Positions 37,801 to 50,500 of a DNA stretch of 64,000 nucleotides are shown here, in pieces. This DNA comes from Amphiscolops sp. MND2022 (lineage: Eukaryota), in the NCBI GenBank assembly GCA_964187785.1, contig OZ076415.1, positions 53,196,001 to 53,260,000 on the forward strand, written 5' to 3'. The translations under genes and the position numbers were made by a program. The notes below the pieces were generated by a model that was given only the letters and a program-made list of their open reading frames with translations, searched no databases and had not been told where the DNA came from. Position 1 is the stretch's first letter, and each line of letters begins with the position of its first letter.

Positions 37801-38518
37801 TTTGTTCGTATTCTCGGTTACTTTCGTCAGTGTACATTTGTTGAATATGGTTTTCAAATCCTTCGTTTCCCTGAAATAAAACCGAATTTTTCTCTTGAGC
37901 AACGTAGACTAGAACGATGATTTATCTGAGGTTCTTAAGATAAAGCGTGTGAATGTTAACGGTCGCATGTTTTCTTCGAATTACTATATTGTAACTGTTC
38001 TTAAATTGTTCTGTTTCATACCTGCCCGCAAAGAGGGGCTTCATTTTAGAATTTATATATATACTATATATTATACTATATACTATATATAATTCTTCGA
38101 ATTTCTGAAATATTGAAAAATTGGCGAATTTGCAATCAATATAATGGAAATTGTAATTCTTAAAATCAAATTATTGATTTACAATAATTGATTGCACAAT
38201 CGTGGGAAAAAATCGAAATGATAGTAGTCGAATCTTTGGCAAACTTCGCTTTGGTTAATGACCCTGTGTTTGGATAGTCATCCCACGATTATGAATAGGT
38301 TTAGAGGGTCCCATCTGGTGCTATGTGGTTAATTAATACTTAGTTGTTCTTAGATTTTTTCGTTCTCTTTGAATGAGAATAAATTTATTTCTTTAATAAT
38401 AGTACTCGCTGTTCATTACATGATTTGCACTCAAGTAATTTCTCGAAACAATATCACGTCATTGTCGGCCCTGTTTGGGTTACATGTCTCCTTGTTTGGG
38501 TTTCAGAAATTGATTGAG

Positions 38519-41500
38519 ATGGAGGAAATTTACGGTTCAACTGCTAAAAAGGTTTGCATTTTGTCATTTTTTTCCTCTCAGATGACATAGATCATTATAT
38601 TCTACGAGTTCATCGAATACGAATGTATCGAATAAATTGTCCTTTTTCAAAATCATTCTTTTCAGCTATCAATCACAGATGACACTTTGAAGCAAATGAA
38701 GCCTAAAGATTTCCTAAATTTCTGGAAGTTGCAAGAAAAATACATAGCCAAATTGGAATCTGATCTTAGTAAGTTTTTACTTATTTCATGCCTGACTATT
38801 TTTGAATAAATGTCCTAAAAGACTCGATCATTGCTAGCTATTGCAATACATTACTTCAACAAGATGTTTTTACAATCATTCATTTGGAAAAATATTTTTT
38901 CGATTTCAGATGACATAAAGCGTCGTCAATAATCCGGTGGTGGGGGGGGGATTGGGAGTGTTAATAGGCGATACACTCGGGTCTACCAACGAGTAGGAAC
39001 ATTAAGAAATTGTATTCATCTATTCAGGTTTTTCTCACATTTTTGAAAATTATTGGAATGAGAATCGTATGTGTCCAAGCGTAAGCTGAAGTAGATTTGC
39101 CTGATCCATTTCATCAAATATATTCATCAATAACTTTGTGTTGCTGCTGTTAGTAACTTCGAAATCTTCATTTTGGAAGAGTACACGACATAAGTGACCA
39201 GTGTACTCTTATCTTTGAGTGCAACAGGTTCAGTTCACAATTTTCAATTCTTGTTTCAGGAGAGTCTGGAGGTACAAAAGCACAACTGTTGGAGAAATTG
39301 AAAACAGTGTCCGAATTACAGGTACTAGAATTTTTCAGTATTGTAGAATTAGCGCAGCTTTTTCTATACTCGTTATACGGCAATGTGTAACATTGATACA
39401 AATAGAGGGTCATCGAGGACTCTTTGAGCTGAGGACATCCTCTAGCTGCTAAGACCTTATATAATGCCGTATAGCATGTTTGAACGGAATATAGACACCA
39501 TGAAAAAACGATTCCATGAAGAACATTTTTTCATCGCCCATTCTTATAATTTCCGGTTTCATGTGGAAATTCAGAATCACCTGTTAAATGTATTCCACAG
39601 AAACGCCTCTGAAAATAATCATTAATCACTAGTCGGAAATTGGTGAATAATACTTCCCAATAACAATCGAAAATTGGGTTATCATTCCTTACGAGGTAAG
39701 GCCTCCGTTGTTTCCATCGGTTGGTTACCCTCTTGGTTAACTCTTGTGTTCTTATTAACCGACAGCTGATCCATATATATGCCGTCCGACAAAAAATTCA
39801 TGTAGCACATTCCGAAATTATCTTCAATCGGAAGTATCGATAGGCTCAAAATGCATATTTTTGATGACATCAGTTCTTGAAGCTATTGAAAGTGTATAAT
39901 TAAATAGTGATTATCCATAGTTCTCTCTTCAAGGTTTGCTTTGATGATTTTTCATAGGCTATTGTTATACAGTCAACGTCTGCAGCGATTATCATTGAGA
40001 AATAACCGCATACGACTTACGCTTAGCTGTTTTTACACTTGCGATAAGCAAGTGTTATGGGAACGTGCGAATTTTTTTTCCGGGTGACAACTCTCTCATT
40101 TCAGACCGCAAGTCGCATAATTCAGACTTTTTTGGTCTAGTGGTAAGATGCTTGCTTTTCAACCCAGAGGGCCTGGGTTCGAACCCGTGCCTATGCACTA
40201 TTTTTTTTACAAGCTGTGCTGCTTCCAATACTTGCAATTGTTTTGAAACACTTGCTTTTCAACCCAGAGGGTCTGGGTTCGAACCCGTGCCTATGCACTA
40301 ATTTTTTTACAAGCTGTGCTTCTTCCAATACTTGCAATTGTTTTGAAACACATTTTTTAAATGATCAAGTTGAGTCCATGCATTCATGTAACATGTAATG
40401 ATGTACCTAGCAAGGTTTTATTTTCGAGTGTATGAGGTTTACCTGAAAAACGTTCCGGCAAATCTTGGTACAAATCAGCCATAATAAAAAGGTTTGTTAG
40501 GCTGAAGATTGCAGCAGTTGATGTCGACGACGAAATACAAAATTTCAAGAGTTGAGACATGGCGTACCAAGACTGTCGAGTCCGAGATTTTAGCAAGTTG
40601 CATGTAGAAGGGGTGCGAAACTAGCGAGTCCTTCCCGGGCAGGTCGTTCCGGGCCACCCAAGGTTAAACACATGTAACAAAATATGAAACTGAGTTCACC
40701 GAATTAAAAATTTTTTTAGTATAATTATGGTTCATTTTGTTTTTCGTATTTTCACAATGTGTTTTGGCGGACGTTTTATGTTACATCAGTTTATGGATGT
40801 TTTCCTATTGCGGAATCATTTGATCCCTAAGATGTCATTTTTTTGGTCCTCAACTGAGCAGAGGTTGCTGGCCTTTTTTTCGGTAATTTAGCTTTTCATA
40901 TAAAGACTGAGGAAACTTTTCAGGTTGTTTCAACATTTTTTTCGAACTCAGTTGATCCAGTTTTTAATGAAACATTATTCTACCCAAAAATGCCAAATTT
41001 AAGTTGCATGTAGAAGGGGTGCGAAACTAGCGAGTCTTTCCCGGGCACGTCGTTCCGGGCCACCCAAGGTTAAACACATGTAACAAAATATGAAACTGAG
41101 TTCATCGAATTTAAAATTTTTTTAGTATAAATATGGTTCACTTGTTTTTCGTATTTTCACAATGTGTTTTGGCGGACATTTTATGTTACATCAGTTTATG
41201 GATGTTTTCCTATTGGGAAATGATTTGATCCCTAAGATGTCATTTTTGGTCCTCAACTGAGCACATGTTGCTCGCCTTTTTTCGGTAATTCAGCTTTTCA
41301 TATTAAGACTGAGGAAACTTTTCAGGTTGTTTCAACATTTTTTTCGAACTCAGTTGATCCATTTTTTAATGAAACATCATTCTATCCAAAAATGCCAAAT
41401 TTGAAGCGATCGTCCCAATTTTTAACGGACGCCATTCGTGCTTGAATTCACTCAATACGATCTCGAACAGTATCTCTCGATGTTGCTCAGAAGAAAACTT

Positions 41501-44500
41501 TGTTAAACCTAAAATCTGAGACCGCAAACCGGGTTCGACCTTGCCCTGATCCAGTTTTTCTGGATTGTCGAACCTGTGTATGGGAAAACCCTGTCCTAGT
41601 GGTTAACCTATGCCCAAATTTTTTCCAACCCCTATGCTTTGCCCGTGTGATTTTTCTTCCGTAGATTCGATGTTAGCAACTCTACTAAATTGAGACTTCG
41701 GACGAAAAGTTCGTTGCCTATTCAATCGAACATTTCAGTGATGTTTCAACGAATTCACTCTTCCAAAATAATTTCGAGGAAAGTCTTTCCTTTGCCAACT
41801 GATATTCATCGAGTTGTTCACATTAAACGCTATTAGTGTAGTGCTACATGTGTTGTATATTTTTCTGCGATAATTTTTTCATCAATCATCAACTCCTTTG
41901 GCTTCATCATGAATTATTGTCACTCCCGCCTCGTGTTTTAGTTACTTCTTTTCAACCAGGTCATTTTGAGCGACCTGAAAATGGCAATTATTCACTAAAT
42001 AGAATTGCCAAGCCTCACGAAAGCTGAAGTTTTTTCTGAGAATGAACGTTATCCAATTCGTTTGCTAGGAAATTTTTCATTAGTTTTTTGCGTTTGTTTT
42101 GTGGGGATCTCTTGAGTTTTGCACAGGTTACTGGCCTTTTTTCGGTAATTCAGCTTTTCATATTAAGACTGAGGAAACTTTTCAGGTTGTTTCAACATTT
42201 TTTTCGAACTCAGTTGATCCATTTTTTAATGAAACATCATTCTATCCAAAAATGCCAAATTTGAAGCGATCGTCCCAATTTTTAACGCACGCCATTTGTG
42301 CTTGAATTCACTCAAACCGATCTCGAACAGCATTTCCCGGTTTCAGCGTTTGTTTGTTGTCACTAAGCTATATCGTTCAGCAATAGAAACATGTATGTCT
42401 CCTCAGGTAATTTTGCTGGGTTAAATTAGGTATGCTGATAGGCTGCAGTTATCTACCGTTTTTTGGAATGTTCCCGAGCTTTTTGTAAGCTTCGTAATGC
42501 AAGATCCGACTCACTCGAATGTTCAATTCAATCATCTCATCTTTTTCAGACAAAATGAAAACATCTTCTACCTTGCAACCCATGTCTGATGACCAGAGGT
42601 TTCTGAGCATCAAAATGCAGTCCAATATTATGTCGTCCTATCGTAACAAGAATGAGGCGAAGGAGTTTTTCATCCAGCAGATTCAGTCTTTGGGATTTAC
42701 TGGATTTAAAGTTCAGGTCACAAACTACCGATTCCTCATTCTTCACGTCAATTGCGACAACTCTGAGGTTTTTGTCTTTTAGTGTTAAAAATATGTTCAA
42801 AGATGAAAAGTAAAATTTTTAATGCTGTACGTTACATCGATTCTCCATTTGCGGAGTACGTTTTTTCTGCTTTGATCCTGATTCAGCATCTGCATTTCAC
42901 GCCACATTTGATGCCTCTAGTGTAAAAATCTTTTGTTCTTTGAAGTCTAATCTACTTTTTTAACAGACTGCATCGGCCCTCTTCAGAGCTTTGAAGTTGA
43001 AGAATTTCATCCACAGTCAAAAAATTGTTCTTACACCGGCGAATTTGCAACTCCGGAACCCCATCTTTCGAGACGGTATCCAAAGAAAACACAACGCCTA
43101 TCGCGATAGAAGTGACAGGCTACATGCAAGCAATGTATACAGCGCACAGGAAGCGAAGAAAAAGAAATCCGAGAAAGCGGCTTTTCAACAGAATGCTACA
43201 ACTCGTTGCCTGCCGCTAAAAATTCGACAGTCCTTGAAAAAAAAAGCTGATAAGCATCCGTCCGAGAGGGAGTGAATGTTTCAAGGTTTTGATTTTGTTA
43301 TTTTAAGATTGATTTTGCACTTTTAGTTCGTTCAGTCATGGTTTTTTCTGCTTGGCACAAAGATTTTACTTTGTTTTCGGAGTTTCCAGAATCTTCTGAG
43401 AATTTTTGACATTGATTTTATTTTCCATTTGAAGTTTTATTTATTGTTTTTAGTTTCTTAGGTTATGTTTTTTTTGGCAAACCGTTTTTATTCGAGTGAA
43501 TTCACCTGTACTCCGATCCTGTTTTCTCCAGAAAGGTGCTCATGAGTTCAATATTCGTCTGTGTCGAAGTATTAATTTTAAATTCTGGCGTTTTTTCTGG
43601 TGCTTCTGCATCTACAGGTTTGAGAATATTTGTAACTAAATTTGGTAATTTTTTGAATCATAGTGACTACGAACGAGCGAGCTACGATTGGTTGCATTGG
43701 TTGATGGAAGTCTTAGTTATTCTTTATATTTCAAAAAATGCGCGTGTTATTTGTCCTGTATCCAAGTTTTCTCAATGTTTTGAATGACCTACTTTTTAAC
43801 TTTTCTTTGAAATACCTCAAACTGTGACGAAAAAATGAGTAATATCTTCTTTAACTCTGCTTTTATGAAATTGCTTTTTAGATGCGCATGGCTTCTCCGT
43901 ACAAAAAACTCAACACTGAGGTTCTGTTCCATGATGGCTTTGTTCATCATGTTTCAAGTGTTAGCAAAACAGCCAACGGCCACCTTTTTCGTTTCTGCTT
44001 TTCAACCGCTGACAGGTGTGTCGATGGATCTTGTTTCGACAAAGGACAGCATAACCTTTATAAGAAATTTGCTGATGAGAAGACTTTTGTTACTCTGCAA
44101 TCACGTGTTGGTTTGGACGAGGAAAAGCGGATCGTAAGCCTAACCTCACTGAGCAACAAACCACCTGTTGTGTGTGATAAAGAAGCACCGGATACAATCA
44201 TCTGTCAGAATTATCCACTAAAAACGTTGGTTTTTGTGTCCGACGAGAGCCTCAAATGTAAAATTACAATTGTGGCAAAAATTGTCCAGAAACGTGAAAG
44301 CGACTTTTCCTACTCCTTAAAGAAGTCCTTGGATGTATATGAGCTAACAGATGATACGAGCACGGGCGTAATGAAAATCTGGGAACCACGCTTTGATCTA
44401 CTCGTTGGTGCCATTTACGAAATTCGTGGCACTGTTAAGGCATTCAAAAACGAAGTCTATCTCGAGGTTTTTTTCATATTTTACACTTGGAATGAGGTTT

Positions 44501-47500
44501 GAACTTCAAATAAGTTTGTTACTTTTATTCTCTTCAGGTGGCTCAGTACCCCTCCAACCTGATTATGCTTGAGGATGCGCCCGCGTGCTCAGGCGGAGTC
44601 ACCAACCAACCGGATTTGACATTCGCTTTGAAAAATAAAGCTGTGGCGAGTGTTCAAGTTAGTAATTCCGGCTGGGTTTGATTTTATTACATAATGCCTG
44701 AGTGGTTTTCTTTCTTCAGGTAACCAAAACATTCAAAACTCAGCTTTGCCTGGTGTGTAGCAAAAACTTCACGCCCTTAGCTGAATCTGCCATTAACAAG
44801 AAGTACGTTTCTGTGGAATGCCGTCATTGCCACGCCAGTGTGAAGGTTCTAAGAAAGGAAGTCCGAATTTTGCGGACAACTTTGGTTGTAGACGATCACG
44901 TTCTAGAAGTTGATCTGTCTCTACTTGCGGAATTATCAACAGAGAAGGAAGTGAAAGACTTTTTCCTTACACACAAATTTGACTTCGAAGTTCGAGGGAA
45001 AAACATTCTGTCGTTGCAGCAAAAAGGACTTGAAAGCGACTCAGACGCTAGCAAATCTTCCTCGTCCCGTGTCGGCAGTGTCAGTTACTGACTCACGAGT
45101 TTTCTCAAAATGAATGAAACTAGACAATGATTTACATAACTATGCTCTTCACTTACTCGTTTGGTATGGAGCTATTTATTTTGTGTTGTTAGTAATTACT
45201 TAAATACTTCTGATACCTTGAATGATTTTTGCTAGTTTTTTGAATTGTTTGTTCACATCGTTTTGCTCCCTGGCATCATTTCGATGTGAAACAAGTACAT
45301 GTTCATATTTCTGCCCTTTAGCTTTATGATAAAAACATTCCAGCTGTTTTTAAACGTTTGTCAGCTTTTTAAATGATCTTGATGTTAATTAGCTGGTTAG
45401 TGTTTTTCCATTTCTTTCCAGTTTGTCTGTCGAGTCATGCAGAATAGATTCTGAAAGAACATTTTTTGATTCTGCTGAGTTTCATAACCGTTTTTCGGTA
45501 ATGCTGCATAACTTGCTTCGAGTTTTTGTTCTTGTGCGTTCACATGCTATTCCGAAGGCTGTTACCTACTGGCTCCTTTATAAGTATTACCAAGTCAAAC
45601 TTCTCAATGTTGCCATTTCTATCAGAGGAATGTTTCCAACATGTTACTTGAATGCAATTGCAAAAATAAGTCAATGTTTTTTCAGAAGTGAAAGATGTTT
45701 GGTAATCAAAGATGGTTTCAACTAATACCTCGAAACAACTGCAATTCAGAGGATTGACCAACGTGGACAATATTTGCTACTTGAATTCAATTTTGCAGTC
45801 GCTGTTTGCTTCAAAAGTTTTCCGAGAATATTTATTGGGTTTTACAAACCGTGGCTCTGTTCATTCATGCTTGAGGCGAATTTTCCAAACATACACGAGC
45901 TGCCGGTCCTGTTTGCGAATTGAGAGATTTGAAAATAAAGCTACTGAATCTTTTGAACAAGCTCTCTGATGCCACCGTTTTTCATGTGGGCGCTCAACAA
46001 GATGCACACGAAGTCTTGACGTCCTTGTTGCATTGTTTGGAGCACGAAGCTTCTCCGAATGACATTTGGCCCTTCAAGCTCAAACTGATACGATTTTTCC
46101 GATGTATGGTTTGCCTTCGACAATGGCAGAAAACTGACACTTCAAATTGTTACAATATTGTAGTCCCCAAAAACGGCTCTCATATCGAAGATGTTCTAAC
46201 TGCCTCCTTCGCAGCAGAAACAATTGACGTGAAATGCCATGAAACATCAGCATGTTCCGGTACGAAGGCTGTTGTTACCAGCGAATTATTTCCAAATGCT
46301 CTCTTTTTAAATCTGAAACGTTATCGTCATACTGCTGGAGGTCGTCAGTATTTGAAAGTTTCAATTACAACAGCATTGTCTTTGACGTTCCACAATCGTT
46401 ATAGTTGGAGAGCAGCCATTGTACATTCAGGATCTTTCGATTTCGGTCATTATCATGCAGTTGTGACCGATGATGTCAGTTGTTTTTACCTTAGCGACAC
46501 AGATATTCGGCAGTCGTCTGTCAGCGAAAGTAATTTAGCTTACATTCTTTTTTATGAGAAATTTTCTGATGATTCTATTCATGATCAACTTAGTACCACC
46601 GCGACTAATCCTTCGTATCCACCGCTGTTTTCATCTTCCAAAAAAGCTTCATCAATTGCAGCTAAAGAATTTCCGACGTCTATAACCAGTTCAAAACCAT
46701 CTACTGAAACTCCAACCACCGAATTCCAAGTTAAAGGGTTGACGAATACAAATAACATTTGCTATTTGAACTCGATTTTACAATGTCTTTTTGCTTCGAA
46801 TCTGTTTCGAAGTTACATTTCGAAGTTTACTAGTTCTGGTGAGACGCATTTATGTTTACGTCAGATTTTTGAGGCCTATGTACACTGCCAGGAGCGCATA
46901 TGCCAAGTGGGACAATTGAAAATCAATCTCTTGGGACTTCTTAACAAGAAGTCAAACAACGTTTTTCATTTGGGTGATCACCAAGATGCACATGAAGTGC
47001 TGACATTGTTCTTGCATTGTTTGGAGCAAGAAGTTTCGTCAGATGACCTCTGGCCCTTCAGTCTGAAAGTGGTAAGGTCTTTCCGATGTACCATTTGTCA
47101 TCGCCAATGGCACCAAACAGAAACCTCAAATTGTTACGATGTAGAAGTTCCCAAAAGAGCATCCCACATAAAAAAAGTTTGGATGCGTCTTTTGGTGCAG
47201 AAACCATTGAAGTGGATTGTCACGGGAGAACATGTTCCGGAAAGAAGGCTGTTGTCACAGTCGATTTATATCCGAATTCGCTGTTGTTTTTGAATTTGAA
47301 ACGTTACCGACACACGGCTACCAGTCGTCAGTATTTGAAAGTTCACATTACACCTGCCTCGTCTTTGAATTTTAACACTCGGTATACTTTACGGGCAGCA
47401 ATAATACATTCAGGGTCGTTCGACTTCGGTCATTATCATACAATTCTGGTTGACGGTGTCAGTCTGCAACGTGTGAGTGACACAGATATCAGTGTAACGA

Positions 47501-50500
47501 CAGCCGATGAACTGAAACTAAGCTATATATTTTTGTATGAATCAGACGTTTCATCTACAGTGAATGATATCAATTGTCTAAGCTCCTCGCTGACATCAGA
47601 AAAATGTCAAACCGTCTCGCCTGTGTCCACACAACTACCAGTACAAACAAAAAAGAAAACTACCTTTTCATCCTTTGACTTCGCTGCTAAAATTTTCAAG
47701 ACAAGTATTGAAGAAACTCCTACTAAAAAAATCAGGACCGAAAGCACCCTTAGAAATGAAAAACAATCGACACCTCAAAGCATTCGTGCTAATTCTGACT
47801 TGAACCTGCAATCAGAGAATACTCATTTTTCTCTTACTTCGATTTCACCACAGTTTTCGAAAAGAAATCAACAACAGCGTAACTTTCGACAGAATGTTAT
47901 GAAAAATCTCAGCAATAGATTGCTTAAGAGAAAAGCTGATCGTATCAACTATCAAGAACGTCCTCAAAAGAAGATTCTAATTCAAAAAAAGTCTGACGCT
48001 ACTAAACTACTCTTGATGGCAAACTCAAATTACAAATTGATGAATAAAGATCGCGCACGGCTAAGAATGAGAAGACCTGAAGTTTTGGAAATAAATCGGG
48101 CGCGAGCTTCCAGGAGATACCATCTGAATGTCAGAAAACACAAGCCCAAGAAACAAAAAGAACAGATGACACTACAGAAGTTGGTCAGAAAGTGGAATCA
48201 TCACATTAATTTCAATTGCTTGCAGTATGTTTGCGTATCTTGCAATCAAAAATTTTATCAGAATCAAGTCAGCAAATTGAATAACGCTCTTATTGATCGC
48301 GCTCGTCTTATAAGAGTGTCTCTTAAAGAGTCCACCTCTGTACAAAACAAACGATGGATTTGTTTAACTTGCTCGAAACACTTACTTAGGAATAAGGTAC
48401 CTCCAATGTCCATTAGTAACGGTTTTTCTTATCCTGAGCAACCTGAAATATTTCGGCGATCGACGAGGATTAGCCGTTTGATGCTTTCGCCGAGAGATGG
48501 CTTCATGAAATTGGTATCAAAACCCAAGGGTGGTCAACGGGGTCGTATAGGTGGAGTTGTGAACGTGCCCAGCCTCGTTGAAGAACTTCATAAAACTCTG
48601 CCTCGTTGCAATAATGACAAACATCTTTTTGCAGTGCAGTTGTTCCGTGATTCGTTTCAATCCAAACCATATATACAACAAATGTCTATAATGGCTGATG
48701 CTTTTGAGATGGCGAAGTTTCTTTGCCAAAAACCTCTTTTCATTGAAAATGGTATTTCTTTCCAACAGTCTCATGTTACTTGCTGTCAAAACACCGTACA
48801 CGCTGACCCAATTGCAGTTGAAACAGACTCAGATTCATCGACAGATACCCAAAGCCTGATTGACCGAGACCTGAATTTACCAACTGTAGTGACCTGCGAA
48901 ACTCCCTGGAGCTCAAATTCTCTAATTCGCGTTTATCCCACTTCTGGTCAACAACCTTTATCTATTTTCACTGACCAGAACTCCGAAGAGTTGACATACC
49001 CCGAACTTTTTTGTGGCGAAGCAAGGGTCGATAATAGTCGCCGCAGAATTCCAGTAAGTTACTCAACAATTGCGCAAGCTGAATTGAAGTCAAGTGACCG
49101 ACGCTGGGCACGACATGAAGAAAATCTATTCTGGAAAGCTACCAAGTTGAAAATTTCTTCTCTTTTTGAGAAGTTGAATGTCGTGACGAGGAAGCGCTAC
49201 AATAACCTAACAGCCAAGGATTTGTCTGAAGATTCTATCAAGTCACTCTTCGCCTCCGACCGTGCTTATGCTTTCACAAGTGCGTTCCGAAATTTCCCCG
49301 AGTTTTTTAGGAATTTGCAAAACGAATTTTTTGCAATGGTCAAAACCCTTGGACCACCGCAGTTTTTTATCACGTTTTCAATGAGTGAATCCCGATGGCC
49401 TGATCTTTTACGTTTGCTATATCAATCCAAATACCCTCAGAAACCGACTCCTCAGGACCATGAACTTCTAACGCTTCCATGGCTTGAAGTTTGCTCTCTG
49501 ATTCAAACAGATCCTGTCAGAATTGTACGTCATTTTGTGCGCAAACTGCGTTTCATTCAGAATCAGGTTTTGAAAAGTAATCTGAGCCCGATTGGAAAAG
49601 TCGTTGATTTCAAGTCTCGAGAGGAAGACCAAAAACGTGGTACTTTGCATGACCATGGAATCTATTACGTTGAAAATGCTCCAGTTTTTGGTGAATCCAC
49701 TGATGCTTCCATTGTCACTTTTATTGATAAAGCTGTTAGTTGTTCTCTATTTTTACCCGACATCGTGGACTGCAACTTAACGGAAGCAGACAAAAGATTG
49801 CCATTGGTTCAAATACATAAACATCATGCAAACTGCAAAAGACCTTTCGTCTGCCGCACAGGTTTCCCCCAACCGCCTCTTCCCAAGACAATGATTCTAC
49901 GTCCTCTTGAAAATGATATTACGTCGTCGGAACACGCGTCAATTTTCGCTCTCCACAAAATTGTTTACACGTTTTTGAATGATCCTACGAAAGTGCCTCC
50001 TGGTGAGGATTGTACTTTCGGTTTCAATGAAATGCTTACCAGGATGAATGTTTCATACACAGATTATCTCAAAGCTGTACGATATCCGTTGAAACGCCCA
50101 GCTGTTTTTCTACGAAGGGAGCCAAATGCCACCAGGGTCAATGCTTACAACCCCCTTTTGCTGTACCTTTGGCGATCGAATATGGATATTCAATATATTC
50201 TCGATGCATATGCGGTTGCGAAATATATCTGCTCCTATATTGCAAAGGCTCAGAAAAATATTTCCAGAACTCTCAAAATGGCGTCGGATCAAGCTAAAAA
50301 CGGGTTGCTCGAGTATTCTGACCAGTTGAAAGAGATCGCTCGAGCATTCATTAAGCATGAAGAAATCGGTGCACAGATGGCTGCTTTGCTGGTACTACAA
50401 TTGCCGATAACGGTGTCCACGAGATCGACTCTCTTCGTTAATACTTCCCCTCCGGAACAAAGAGTGAGAATGCTGAAAAGTCACCAGGAACTGGCTCAGC

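Noticed and set aside
38910-38932. Candidate extra WTAP exon (NDIKRRQ*)
   Set aside because: Good acceptor, but it hits TAA without a donor; direct splicing 38768->39260 restores frame and the LRES motif.
40126-40197. Functional tRNA-Glu gene
   Set aside because: Acceptor stem does not pair and the 3' half is tandemly duplicated.
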